In this document: one piece after another, positions 12,209 to 26,357 of the stretch
Numbering within the stretch: position 1 is the stretch's first letter
Layout: each line of letters starts with the position of its first letter
Assembly: GCA_951406725.2 (NCBI GenBank)
Contig: OX597823.1
Span: forward strand, 55,676,001-55,740,000
Reading direction: 5' to 3'
Length of the DNA: 64,000 nucleotides
Source of the DNA: Octopus vulgaris
Lineage: Eukaryota
Translations under genes and position numbers: made by a program
Notes under the pieces: generated by a model
The model's database searches: none
What the model was told of the DNA's origin: nothing
The model's input: only the letters and a program-made list of their open reading frames with translations

Positions 12209-12316
12209 CCTTTAGCACACTGTAGGCGCATCGTGTTACCATATGAGTTTTCTCCTCTGTAGTAACAGGACAGTAACAGAGGAAACAAATCAAGAGAATA
12301 TTCAGTGTGCTAAAGT
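12209..12316. mobile_element. Short piggyBac-type MITE
   Basis: TTAA-cctttagcacactg ... cagtgtgctaaag inverted termini. Confidence 0.55.
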
Positions 12317-12319
12317 CTA

Positions 12320-12464
12320 AATATTATTAACAATTGCATTAAAAAAGTTGTTAAAATATGTTGTGTATTATTGAAGTATAACTAATTTATTGCACATAAA
12401 TTTTAACAGCAAAATCTTATATGAACACCCCAAGGGCCATATGGACCCCAGCGAAGAACCACTG
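12320..12464. mobile_element. hAT-type MITE end
   Basis: Ends in ...gaaccactg (CAGTGGTTC terminus on the minus strand) after ccatatggacccc; the other terminus was not identified. Confidence 0.4.
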
Positions 12465-13954
12465 ATTTAAAACAGGAACAAGCTAAGTATACGAAAATTT
12501 CATTAACTACACTTAAGTTGAGTGCACTGAAATTTGCTAATGGCTTGGCATCCTTAGAGGAACGTCTGCAAGTACAACATGTGTGTATATGTACGTCTGT
12601 GTCCGTACAACTGTCAGTGTGTGTGCGCATGTGTGTGTGTGTGAGTGTGTGTTGTGCATCCGCGTGCGCGCATGTGCATGTGAGTGAGAGCGTGTTTGTC
12701 TATAAATATAAGGCGAAATAAATATAACTATATAACTACAGTCTACAAGTTTATGGTATAAATATAAATATTATTATTATTATTAATTCTTTCCTTCTTC
12801 AAATTTTATTATTATTATTATACATTTTGGATATGGTACAACGTGAAATTGTGATATTTTTCATAACGTTTTTTATCAATCTATCAACATTGTGCATTTC
12901 AGGATGAATGGTTACTAAAGCCATATAAAGTACACTTAATATCGTCGACTTCATACTCTATACATTTCACTTGTGTATACAGTGGACACACGCACACACA
13001 TACACACATACATACACATATGTACATACATATACATACATGCATGCATGCATACATACTTACATACATACATGCATGCATACATACATAGAAATTTGCT
13101 CAAAAAACTAGAAATACTCGGTTTGATGGAAAAAGAGCAAAAGACGCTGACGCAGATTCTATAAATCTAATCTATTATTGCCACAGTGAAGATCAGTACG
13201 ATGTTCCAAAAATTCTCCATATGAGACTTTTTTTGTCTTATGTGAATAGATGCACACACTTGGGTGTATGCTTCGACATTTCATCCGACACACCAACTCA
13301 ACAACATATTTACAAACGCATAGAATTCTCTAAACTCAAAATATTTTGTTGCCTTGTTAGCGACCGGCTTCCAACTCTCTCAAGAACTTAAATTAATCTC
13401 AAAGAAAAACCATACATACATACATACATGTGTGTATATTTATTATGTGCAATTATATAATACAGAGAGCGGATGATGTGCTGAATGACATCTATGAAAA
13501 CTACTTTTCAAAGGAGTTGAAATTTGCTTTTGTTTTGTTGTTTTGTTTTGTTTTTTTTTAGTTGGCGAAATAAATTAAGAGCTCTCGTAACACTTTGTTG
13601 GAGTACTAAAAGAGATGACAGATAATTTTTTAACAATGAAAAAGATATTTTACAGAAATTGAAATTAAACATCAGGTTAAGTGTGTAAAATAATGTGTGC
13701 GATATATATGTATGTAATCGCTTGGTAAGAAAGTAATTTCGTTTTTTGCAAATAGGTAGAGTTACAATTTCTTAGAATGACTTTTTGTCAATAATATGAT
13801 TTTTTTCTTTTGACATTTGATAACCATTACCCTTAGCTTACTTTCGAAGCAAATTGCGAGTAATTTTGTTTACAGTTGTTAGTCCAGTGTCAATTTTAAC
13901 GAACATTTTCACCATATGTGCGTGTGTGGAGTGGACATGCGCAGAAGGGTGTTG

Positions 13955-15330
13955 CTATAGCAACCAGCTAGCTTCCTGTAACTCCCTTCTATTATTGATT
14001 TTGGGTTTCTTTTGGTGTATGAGGATAGCCTCAGAGATTCTAAGGTTGCCCCTGTTCCGCTGTGTTGCCTTGATGTGCACTGTAAACTCCCGGGTCTGGC
14101 ATTTCCGTAGATGTTTCTTCACGGAAGTATTTACCTGCATATGTTCCTTAATGCGTACATGCAGTTTTCTTGCCGTGCTTCCGATGTAGGATGCGCCACA
14201 TTTGCCACAGATGATCTCATATACGACATAGGACCTTTGGTACAATTCAGGGTCATTGATGTTCGACAATGTGCACTCCTCAGAGTAGTGAGAGGTGTTG
14301 TTCTTGGACAGAGCTTTTCTCAGAGAAGGGCCGGTGTGCTCTATCTGTATGTCGAGTCCTTGCCTGTGAACTGCGTGTTGTATTGCTGCAGTAATTCTGT
14401 CGTCAAAGTGTGATAGCTTTAGGAAGCACGTGTCAGACTTGGAAGTATGCTGTTTCTTCAGGAGTTTATTGACCTTGATGTTCTTCAGGCGCCGTTGTTT
14501 AGCTAAAGATGGTGGGTAGCCATTCAGGGTTAAATCTCTAGGGAACTCTTTGGTGAACACAGCTTTGTCGGTCACGCTGCTGCAGTTGTTGTTTATACTT
14601 GCAATCTCGTTTCTCTTTGGCTCTGGTGGACAAGGCTGATTAGTAGTGGACGAAAAGTTTTCTATTAGCGGCGTTTCTATAGAATTTGGTAAATATGGAG
14701 TCTTCCCCTGTGATCTTAAGTTGAAAGTCGAGTAGAGAAAGGGTTCTGGATTCGTCTGGATGTTCAATCTCGAATTTTATATTTATGTTGGTGTTATTGA
14801 AGGTCCGGTATATGTTAATGGCCTCATCCCTGGAGGACGTGATAAGGATGTCATCAACGTACCTGGAGAAGAAGATGCCTGAGCGGCAGGTGTTGAGTGC
14901 TGTGTGTTCTAGCTTATCCATGTACGTGATGGCCAGCAGACCTGAAAGGCTAGATCCCATAGGTAGGCCGGAAGTCTGTTTGTAAATCACACCGTTATAT
15001 TGAAAGTAGGTGTTACCAACTATAATAGTAACCCTCGTATGTCCGAGGGTGTGAGGCCGAAGAGCTGGAGGTTGATGGATGGGGGTGTGAGACAAGATGA
15101 AAGAGAAGATGGGGAGGAGACGGTTGCAGAGGAATGGGGGATAGATGAGGAGGGAGGTGGGGGCGATAATGACGTGATGTTGTCTATGAGGATATCAACG
15201 GCCGGGAGAGCGGGTACAGAGTTGTAGAGGGAAACTACGTCTAAACTAAAAGAGTATTTGTTAGTTTAAAGTATGGAGGGGTCGAAGTTATCGTTTTCGA
15301 ATTTGTTAAACTATCTTCGGCAATTCTGAA
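13955..15330 (-). mobile_element. Penelope-like retroelement (RT plus GIY-YIG), 5'-truncated and frameshifted; Penelope/Poseidon-type layout
   Basis: FSLDVVSLYNSVP, YKQTSGLPMGSSLSGLLAITYMD, RYVDDIL, LSLLDF (RT motifs), then VVYEIICGKCGASYIGSTARKLHVRIKEH...ISEAILIHQKKPKIN (GIY-YIG) ending at the stop at 13955. Confidence 0.93.
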
Positions 15331-15651
15331 CACCCACACTATGTGTTTTCATTTCCATTACATTTATTGCATTGTGCCGTGGAAAGTCGTAAAGCATCCA
15401 ACGCCGAATTAGCAGCTCACTAAAATTCTTGTTGCCTATGGGCTCTCAGACACAGCATATACACATAGCATGCGTCCACATTAACGTTTGGTCCTTAACA
15501 CTATTCTGGGTATTGCAAGGATACCTTGTAATCTAATTTATTGCTTGATATTAGACTATTCGCTTAAAAGTAAAGTATATTACATTTCGGTGCCCTTAAT
15601 ATAAACATGTGAGTGTTGTGTGTGTGTGCGTGCGTGTGTGTGTGTGTGTGT

Positions 15652-15712
<61 letters not shown>

Positions 15713-16098
15713 CAGGCAGTCCTACGATGGCTTAACTAGCTGAAACATCGAAGTCACTATCAATAATTTGTGTTCTGTACAATCGTATAGAGTAACCCTT
15801 AGCTTAATGTAAAATTGCTTTTATTTTAACTGAAAATGAAAACAAACATATATGTGTGGGAGTATGTGAACACAAGGAGATAGATGGGTAAGTAGATAGA
15901 CAGATACATACATATATATACATACATGCATACATACATGCATAAACATCCGCAAGACAGAAATTTTCCCAAACGTGTGTATGTGTGTTTGTGTATGTGT
16001 GTAAGTGTGTGTGTCTGTGTGTGAGTGTGTGCGTGAGTAAGTGTGTTTGTGTGTGCGTATTTCCACGTGTGCGTACGCTTGCGTAGTGTGCAGATTTG

Positions 16099-16167
<69 letters not shown>

Positions 16168-16623
16168 ATAAAGAGGAAAATGTGTGCAGCCAGTTCTTTA
16201 TGTTTAAATTCTCGATAACCTATCGACGTTCAATCACAGGTTATACATGAATAAATTTTATTTGAATATATACAATTTTATAAAAGCCTGTGTATATACA
16301 TACACACACACACACACATAATCTGTTCCATTATGACTGTGTAAACTACTGCCTACAGATTTATAGTATAAATATATTCGACGTAATGTGTTTTTTTTTT
16401 TCTTTTTTTACTTTTAAATAAAGCGCCACCAAATACTGTAACTCTTTTAATACGTTTCTCTAGTAATGTATCGCCAACTTTGTACCTTTTGACATAAAAC
16501 GTTAAGAAAGCAATAAGTGCACTTAAAACCATCGATTTTCTTGCAGCGTCACTGTATACCAGTGTACGTGTGACGGTATATATACATATGTATCTGCATG
16601 TATGTAATGTATGTGTATGTATG

Positions 16624-16670
<47 letters not shown>

Positions 16671-16739
16671 ATATATATGTACAGCAACATATATTATGGG
16701 GTTATTTGCTCGCAATAAAAATTCACCTATGGAAACATA

Positions 16740-17330
16740 TATACTGTAAGTAATTCGGATAGGTGGTTATGTACTGAATGACATGCACAAGAATACTGTA
16801 AAGGAATTGAAATTTATCTTTTAGTTGGTAAAGCGATGCAAAAACTTTCATAGCAATTTTTAGCGACTCTGAAATAAATTGAAGTGGTGGGGGAGATAAT
16901 TTTAAAAAACTATGAAGAATTCATTTTTACAAAAATATGGTATATCATGTATAATGTATTTGTTGTCTTTGTTGTTATGTAATATGAGAGTTTTTGATAC
17001 GTTTTGGCTGTATTAGCTCTTGTCAGTGTAGTTTTCTTAATTCTGCTTCTGTTGGTATAGAATTACTACTATGGTTTGAAAAAGTGTTACGACCAATGTT
17101 GACTAGTATAATTTTTGATTATTACAAAAGTTGAACTGAAGGAAATAACCGAAGTGGGAATAAGGACATGAATTCGCATAATTCAGATAGATGAGGTGTG
17201 TTTGGTCATAACATTCAGAAAATTCATAATGGAATGAAAATTGCCTTTGAAACGGTGAAGGCAAAATATAAAGTAGTTGAGGTTGTGAGAAATATTGCGA
17301 AATGAGAATTTAATTTTGATTGAAAGGATA
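16740..17330 (-). pseudogene. Highly decayed Penelope-like fragment
   Basis: Minus-strand QTHLIYLNYANSCP resembles the PLE RT-thumb motif T.T..YL.Y.S.HP; 16740-16930 is similar to 13460-13680. Confidence 0.35.
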
Positions 17331-17862
17331 CACTATATATGTGTATGTGGGTGATTTGAGAATATGTGCATGATGAGAAAAATGTACGCAATCATATCAC
17401 TATATTTAAAATTCCAGATGACTTATTTCAGCTCCATCTCCCGTTTTACGTACTTTAATTTAATTTAGTTATTGTTACACAAATAAGTATGTGTACGTAT
17501 GTATATATATATGAATTTATGTATGTTTGTACGTATTGATGGATGAGTGTATGTATGTACTTTGCCTAGTAAAAAATTGAACTGATTGTTTCTCTTCGCT
17601 TCAATGCGTGTATATTGTTTCCTTTCTTTTCCATTATAGATTTCACATCCGATTTCCTACTTTTATTTTGACCGTGGTTCCCGTTTGAGTCTTGCTACCG
17701 GGAGTTCAAGCATTAGCTTCGAACAGATTAGCTGACATTTCTTTTTAAAAAATCTTCGCGTTTACAAGTTACATAACACTAATTAGTGAATTTGTCATCA
17801 CTATTTTGTTAAAAGCCGATCACATTTTAGGTATTGTCTTCTGTATATATCTTTTATATGTT

Positions 17863-18060
17863 ACTTTGTTTTAGTCAGCGGCCTGCGGCCATGCTAGATT
17901 ACCGCTGTGTACGGTTTTATTCGAAAGAATCGCCCTCAATACTTATCTTTTATAAACTTGGTACTTCTATCGGTCTCTTGTACCGAACTGTTACAGTGCC
18001 TTAAACAAATCAACACCGGTTTGTAGACAAACACAAACACATAGACAAGCACAGACATAC
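17863..18060 (-). mobile_element. SINE family A, 3' half (5' half resumes at about 18875-18945)
   Basis: ctgcggccatgctag...ttctatcggtctcttgtaccgaac; continuation ccaaaatccactcataaagctttggtcgg lies beyond the DNA transposon. Confidence 0.75.
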
Positions 18061-18143
18061 ACACACACACATACATACATGCATACATAAATGCATTCAT
18101 ACACACACGCACACACACACATACACACACACACATATATACA

Positions 18144-18873
18144 CAGGGTGTTTGGGTTAAATTTGGCGATTTGTAAGGTCTTTTTTTTTTCAGGAACAGC
18201 TAGATGTATTGTTGAACAGTCAACAGCCTTGGAGAGCGACATCACATGAGCATTATTAAAACCAAGTTCCCACAAACTAGGATAGTCTTTGGACGTGTCT
18301 CCGATGAGGATGACGGCATGCCATCCCTTATCTCGGAATATGACCTTAGGCTCAATTGAAACAGCTATGTGAAGTCGCTAGAGATTGTGGTTAAATTCTA
18401 TCTCAAGACAGTTGCTGCTAGAAGGCCATGTGTCGCAGAAGGATTCGGCACCTTGCCATACCTCCGGAAGGAATCAAAATTGGTTGTCGCAGAATTTTTA
18501 TGACCTCACCAATCCCAATTACTGGCCTCCTAATTCCCCCTACCCCGCATACAATCCCATGGATTACTATGTGTGAAGCGCAGATGAGAAATATACAAAT
18601 CTCTTTCTGTCTGCAGCACCAAGGCCGAGCTGGTAACCAAGACCAAGGAGGTATTCAAAGATCATTCCAGGGACACAGTGAGAAACGCACGTGCCAGGTT
18701 CTAGAGTCGTCTTGGAGCAGTGATGATAACCGAGGCCGGCTACTTTGAATAAGCTGTGATCTCTCAGACATAATTTAGTCGATATTTTTTTAGTTTTTTA
18801 AATACTTCTATCTTTGGATGGCATACTGAGTTTTATTTTATGCAAACTATCAAATTTAGCCTGAATATCCTTT
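18144..18873 (+). mobile_element. Internally deleted Tc1/mariner-superfamily element
   Basis: Imperfect TIRs cagggtgtttgggttaaatttg / caaatttagcctgaatatcct; transposase remnant QKDSAPCHTS..NQNWL...WPPNSP..NPMDYYV. Confidence 0.85.
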
Positions 18874-18967
18874 ATACCAAAATCCACTCATAAAGCTTTG
18901 GTCGGGCCGGCTCTAGAGAAGAAGACGCGTTACTCAGTGGAACTGCTTGCTGAACAATAATAATGAT

Positions 18968-19375
18968 ATTGGTTTCAAATGTTGGCACAGGGACAGGAAT
19001 TACGGGGGAGACTCCCAGTGTTGCAACTAGAACTTAATTTATCGATCCCGAAAGGATGAAAGACAAAGTGGACCTCTACGGAATTTGAACTTAAAACGTG
19101 AAGACGGACGAAATGCTGCAAAGTATTTTGGCCGGCGTGCTAACGGTTCTGCTAGCTTACTGCTTTGACAATAATAGTACTATTGGTTTCACATTTTGGC
19201 ACAAGGCTAGAGATTTTGAAGGCGGGGTAAATCGATTACATCGACCTCAGTATTAACAGGTACTTATTTTATCGATCTCGAAAGGATGAAATGCAAAGTC
19301 GACGTCGGCGAATTTGAACTCAGAGCGTAAAGGCAGACGAAATGCCGCTAAGCATTTTGCCCAGCATGCTAACGA
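18968..19375 (-). mobile_element. Two tandem diverged family B SINEs
   Basis: Each has tcga.c.cgaaaggatgaaa..caaagt.gac and gctaa; separated by (AAT)-rich spacers. Confidence 0.8.
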
Positions 19376-19454
19376 CAATAATAATAATATTAGTTGTTGA
19401 CTGACATCTCTTACCCATCTCGTCGCATAATTTTTCGCTGTGAAATTACCTGAT

Positions 19455-19581
19455 TTGGGTTAGGGTTTAGGGCTAGGATTACGGTTAGGGTTTGCGGTTA
19501 AAGTTAGTGTTTAGAGTTAGGGTTAGGATAAGGGTTAGGGATTAGGCTTAGGCTGAAGGTTAGAATTAAAGTTTAGGTTAG
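19455..19581 (+). repeat. Degenerate interstitial (TTAGGG)n-like array
   Basis: About 20 units of ttaggg, ttagga, ttaggc and ttagag. Confidence 0.8.
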
Positions 19582-20541
19582 ACCGAATGCTAAAGTCAAA
19601 ATGGTCAAGTCGACCGCACACTAAAATGGCACCATTATTTGAAGGCTAACTTTTTAATGTTCATTGCATTAAACATATTAACGCTAATTAACCTTTGTAA
19701 GTTAGTACCAATATATTAAATATATGCTTCATAATAATTCTTGGTTGTTAACACATGAATATATATCGAAAATTATTACTTGTATATTGCTTTCTTATAG
19801 TTGAACCATACCAATATTGACCAGGAACTGAGAGACACAATCGAATCATCCGTCACATGACGGTAGGCCAAACGAACCAATCAAATGTGGGATTCTGAAA
19901 AGCAATGGCAAATTCTCTCACTTCAATATGCAACACGGATCAGCTGGGAGTTAAGGTTATCAAGAACTAATGTTTAGAAAGCGGTAATAAGAGCTTTCAA
20001 CTGAAAAAAAAAGAAAACTAAAGGAAATGTTCATGTAATATAGAAGAGATCAGTGAATGGGTCACATAAAGATGAAAGCCTTTGATTCATAGAATCAAAC
20101 TTGCATAGTGCCCTTCAAAAAAGGACGGATTTTATTTTTGTTTGCAGCCATTACTTCTTAATCTTTCTGCTCAGTGTGCTGCTCCATTTACTTCCTGAGT
20201 TTCAATTAGTCCCTTTGCAATTATTCTTATTCTTTTTATCTAGACCTTGATTCCCTTTCTTCTTTTTTCTTCTTTTCCCTTTTTTTTTTCTTTTTTTGTC
20301 TCTTACAGCATTTCAACTCAAATTGACGTTGATCATTGACTTCTTCCTTCCTCTGATAATTTTCGTCTCCTTTCAAACAGATCAAACTCAAGTAGTTTCT
20401 CTCTGACTGAGAATTTTCTCGTCCATTTGACTTGCAATTACCTGCTGTATATTTGGAACGACGTCGCTTCACTTCTTCCCTCCTCTCATTAATTGATCAT
20501 ACTGACTCACATATTTCATTATTTCTTCTCTCCCCTTATCC

Positions 20542-20671
<130 letters not shown>

Positions 20672-20728
20672 TATATACATATATATACATATATATAACA
20701 TATATATATATATACATATATATATAAC

Positions 20729-20833
<105 letters not shown>

Positions 20834-20860
20834 TATATATAGATATATACATATATATAT

Positions 20861-20895
<35 letters not shown>

Positions 20896-21004
20896 CAAAT
20901 TCATTTCAATCAAAACCCGTCTTCCGTTTATTTTCCCACCATCTGCCTACGTGCATACGTACGCATCACGCGCACACATACACAAACACACATACACACG
21001 CGCA

Positions 21005-21062
<58 letters not shown>

Positions 21063-21279
21063 AACAAACAAAGAAACACACAACACATACACAACGCAAA
21101 CACAGTGAACGTGCCATATGCAAACTACACAACAGATGACACTAAATATTGGGGTCAGCTCGCTTTTCCGAAGATGAAAAGCTGACCAGAGCCTTGGTCC
21201 ACTATCACACAAACATATGTGGTTTAGGGATGGAAATGTGCTTCTACGTGTGAACGTGGCGGTGTGTATATGTATGTGT

Positions 21280-21334
<55 letters not shown>

Positions 21335-21356
21335 TGTGTGAATGTGGTGCGCCACG

Positions 21357-22591
21357 CGAGGGTGGCCTGAAAAGTTCATTGGCTTCTTCACGACTGCATT
21401 GTTTTCTACCTGATAAACTAACATCTGAGTGTTGAAAGAGGCCTTCAAAAGTAACTAGTACCGACTTCTCTTAAATCGTCCAAATTTGGCATCGTGGTGT
21501 TATCAAGTACCTGTAGAAAAAAAAGGTTTAGCCCGCCCCCAACAACATTCATAGTGACATGTTTACTACATTAGGGGATGACGCTCCAGCTTTATCAGTC
21601 GTGAAAAAGTGGGGAGCTGAATTTAGGAGGGAAGAGAGAGTCTTGTAGATGACCCAGGGTCTGGACCTCCTACAACTGCTACCACCGAGGAAAACATTGA
21701 TCGTATTCACCACATGGTGATAGATGACATGCGATTGACTATAAATGAGATAGTCAATGTTATTAACAAATCCCGTGGCAGAGTTGACATTGTTCTGCAC
21801 ACTGAAATTGTCATGACGAAGGTTTCTGCTCGATGGGTGCCACGTCTTCGGCCAGCTGATCAAAAGCATACCAGGCTGATCACATCACGGGAAAACCTGA
21901 CATTATTTGAGGCAGATCCAGCTGGCTTTCTTGAACGTTTCCTAGCCCAGGATGAGTGGTAGTTGAACACTTTGAACTAGAGATAAAGAGACAATCTATA
22001 CAGTGAAAACACTCCTCCTCACCTGGTCCAAAGAGGGCCAACGTCACTTCATCTGCAGTGAAGATGAAGGCCTCAGTTTTTCGGGATGCAAAAGCAGTGT
22101 GTTTGTTGACTAAGTTGAAAAGGGTCACACCATCAATGGAAAGTACTATGCCAATTAGCTGAGGCAGTTAAGGAGGATTCTTAAGACCAAGAGCCCAGGA
22201 AAACAGATGAAAGAGGTTTTGTTTCATCAGGACAATGATCCAACACACAAGTCATTGTTTTCAATGGCTGCTGTACTGACTGTGGCTTTGAACTGATTGG
22301 TTACCCTCCCTAATTTCCTGCTTTGGCTCCATCTGACTATCGTCTGTCCTCAACATGAAATAAACACCTGTCTGAGAACTAATATCGCCGTGATGATGAC
22401 TCCATATCGGCTGTTGATGACGTTTTTCATTGACAGGATGAAACCTTTTTCACGAATGAGATCCCAGCACAGCAATACCAATAGAAGAAGTGTGTGGACC
22501 GTAAGGGAAACTATGCTAAAAATTAAACCTCATTTGATCACATTCCATGCGAGTGTCATGGTCGATCTATTAACTTTTCAGTAAACTCTCG
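21357..22591 (+). mobile_element. Full-length decayed mariner element (about 1.24 kb)
   Basis: TIRs cgagggtggcctgaaaagtt / aacttttcagtaaactctcg followed by TA; transposase remnants KVSARWVPRL, FLAQDEW, LFHQDNDPTHKS and LAPSDY. Confidence 0.93.
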
Positions 22592-22978
22592 TATATTGTT
22601 CTAGCAAAAGTAAATGCTGCAAGTCTGTTAGATTAGCGGGATCATTTCTTTAAAAAATTCTTTTTCTTTGCCTGATATTTCTTAAACCAAACATATCAAG
22701 AATAACAGCAAGACAAGCTTGATATATATTTGTCAGTCGACAAATATATCTCAAGCTATATATTGCGATTTTATATCCAATTTAAAGAATCCGATTTCTT
22801 GTTATCGTGTTAAGATTCATGCCAATGAACATTTACCGTTTTTGCCACATCACGAACTTTCATATGGAGCCTTGCTCAGCACCAATTTTTCTGCTCACGG
22901 CGTCACGTCACAGTCCATACTGGGGCCTCAAAACCTGTATTTTGTGTTTGCGAAGCAGACTTCTTAAATTATTTTTGC

Positions 22979-23027
<49 letters not shown>

Positions 23028-23184
23028 CCTATGCGCGCCTATCTGCGCGAGTATGTGTGTAATATACATATATGCTATATATATATATATATATATATGC
23101 ATTTATATATATATATGTATATGTATTCATATATATATATGCATATGTGTGCACGTGTGTGTGTGCGTGTGTATATGTATGTGG

Positions 23185-23260
<76 letters not shown>

Positions 23261-23790
23261 GTATATATACATGTATGCCTAAGTTCTACTGTCACCATCC
23301 TTCAATCTATCTCTGGAAGCAAATTCCTGTCCATCCCCGCCCTCGCCTCTCCACGTATCATCCACGGACATTGCCTCTTTGACTTCCTTTGCAGCCGACC
23401 ATTTCTCATTATCTGCGCCTGGAAACAAACCAAAACCAGAAATTTCCACACACATTCACATACGAATATTATTATACATAATTAATTGTCCTGAATCGAC
23501 GCATGCGCAAACACAAAATTATTTATTCGAAAGTATGATGTTCGTGTGGTTATGTACGTAGAGATGGATGGAAGGATGGATGGATGGATGGAGGGATGAA
23601 CTGATGTAAACGGTATTAAAAATACTTTTGATCAGTTCTTCGTGTTAGTAACAGCTTGTACACATTATCTAGAACTGATTTCTTAACTGAATCGATCGTT
23701 ATATGCAATATATTACTCAAAATGAAATAACATAGTAATTTATATATTTATTTGCTATGCGTGTATATATGTGTATATATATATATGTGC

Positions 23791-23825
<35 letters not shown>

Positions 23826-23852
23826 GTATGTATATGTATATATGTGTATATG

Positions 23853-23886
<34 letters not shown>

Positions 23887-24154
23887 TGTATATAGATATA
23901 TAAGCATGTATGTGTATGTATGTATGCATAAATATATATATGAGCGCATACACACATGCACTCACATGAAAATTCTAACAGTGTTAATAATTAGATTAGG
24001 TATATAACCTGTGGTAAAGTGATATTAACATATACCCATATGTTAATATCGCTTTTGATGTACGCGTGTGTAAATATGTGTATGAATATATGTATGCGCA
24101 TGTACATATATGTGTGTGTATATATGTATGTATATGCACTTGCATATATATATA

Positions 24155-24198
<44 letters not shown>

Positions 24199-24318
24199 TA
24201 TACACATATATGTATATTATGTATATGCATTAACATTATAAAATGCGTACAGATATATGTACATTTGTCTGTGTCTTTCTGTCTTTATAGATATGCATAT
24301 ATGTGTGTGTGTATACAT

Positions 24319-24361
<43 letters not shown>

Positions 24362-24475
24362 AATTGAGACAGATAGCATATTGAAAGAAAATCATGAATG
24401 GAGGAATAAATGCGAGTGTAAAGAAGAAACGAAAATGTATCTATAAAATAGCAAATTAAACACGAAACGAACGTG

Positions 24476-24543
<68 letters not shown>

Positions 24544-24901
24544 ACTGAAGAACACAACAACTACAACAATATAGAGAAACCTTAATAAACAATAACAAAT
24601 GCGGCAATTCAGTGGCTGGGAAATGAAATGGAGGAAAGATAGGAGAGAAATAACAAAATGAAAACAAAACATGTCAAAAGAAGTGAGAAATATATATAAA
24701 TGGAAAATGTACAACACTACAGGGGTGCTCTTGTTTGCTCTTGTTTATGGTTTTGCTTTATTTTTTTGCTAAAATATATATATACTCCCCGGCGTCTACG
24801 TTAAGTCGATAATTGAAAAATCACTGCCACACGCAGGCACACACACAAACACACACACACAAACATACATATATATATATACAAATATATATACATACAT
24901 A

Positions 24902-24958
<57 letters not shown>

Positions 24959-25009
24959 ATATCTATATATATCTATATCTATATATATATATATGTATAT
25001 ATACACACA

Positions 25010-25048
<39 letters not shown>

Positions 25049-26229
25049 GCATATATGCATGTATGCATATGTGATGTATATCTATATAGAGTGCGTACAT
25101 GTGTGTGCTTGTGTATGTATGTGTCCTTGTTATATATACAATACATATATAAATGGAGTGTTATAGGTGTATATACTGATATACTATGTATGCACACGTG
25201 TGTGATTTGTAATATTATATGCGTGTGTATATGTGTATATGCCTCTCCATATTATATATAGAGTATTTATAAGTATGGACTCTTATATATAGATATGTAT
25301 ATATGTGTATGTGTGATTTGTAATACTAAACATTTTCTTGCACGTTTTTTTTTTCTGTAATTTAAAAATATAGAAAACGATCGTTTGAGGTTATCAGTAT
25401 TCTAGCAGCATATCGACACAGAAGCCATTGCCACCGACTATTGGCAGACTAATTCTTCGCCAGTGCCAGAAACAGGAGCAATTGTTTAACCTGTTGCATC
25501 AGCTTTATTTACCCCGATGGCATTGCTGAAAATCGTCATCAATTTACCTTGTAACAATGGTTGTTTCTGAGACAATTCCAGCTGTCTCGACACAAAACAT
25601 TGTTTATTAAGAGTCATTCAATCAGTAGGCACGATTCTATCATGTGATGCTTTTCACTCCCACATCGTTTATTTAAAGTTGACGTCGATTCAATCGAGGG
25701 GACACTTTATGGACTCTATCTGGTGACGTTAGATATACATCGACTCACTGTTGCGGATTTACTCTTTTCGCCTCAGCACATTTTCTGTGGTACAGACAGT
25801 GCATCGTGGACAATTGAAGCTACAGTTCCTCATTTTACACTTGCGTTTGGAACTGTTGCAAATGTTTTCTTTGTTCATTTATTAAGTTATTATCTGAGCA
25901 CAATATCATTATTTCTCTTATGTTATAACAGTTTCAATTGCTACTGGCTTATAGAGATGCCTCTCAAGCAGCTAGAGCTATCTTAGAACTATTATAGGAT
26001 CCTGGGCAAATTAATGCATTGGGTTCTATAACACTGTGTAACAAATTCTGTTTGTTTTTTTTTTTTCAGCGTTTGTGGCAATGCTCTGAACACCCGCTGC
26101 AAAAGATACGTCCAATGTTGCCACAGTTGTGCAAAAGAGTATCTATCTCTTGCAGAAAGGAAAAGCCACAACTATGCTGGTTTAACTCGTGGGATTCAAC
26201 ACGCTAGAAAGAACAGCTAGGTTCTATAA

Positions 26230-26357
26230 CCACAAAAAAATAGGGATAAAATTCGACAGAAACGAAATGAAAAATAAAATTGGTCCAGGAAACTTGATGG
26301 TAAAATGTTTTTATTTTTCATTTCGTTCCTGTCGAATTTTATCTCTAATTTTTGTGG
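26230..26357. repeat. Inverted repeat, about 50-bp arms and 28-bp spacer
   Basis: ccacaaaaaaatagggataaaattcgacagaaacgaaatgaaaaataaaa versus ttttatttttcatttcgttcctgtcgaattttatctctaatttttgtgg. Confidence 0.85.

Noticed and set aside
18968-19375. Repeat-spacer pattern suggestive of a CRISPR array
   Set aside because: Units are about 200-bp diverged SINE copies in eukaryotic DNA, with no short identical repeats and no cas genes.
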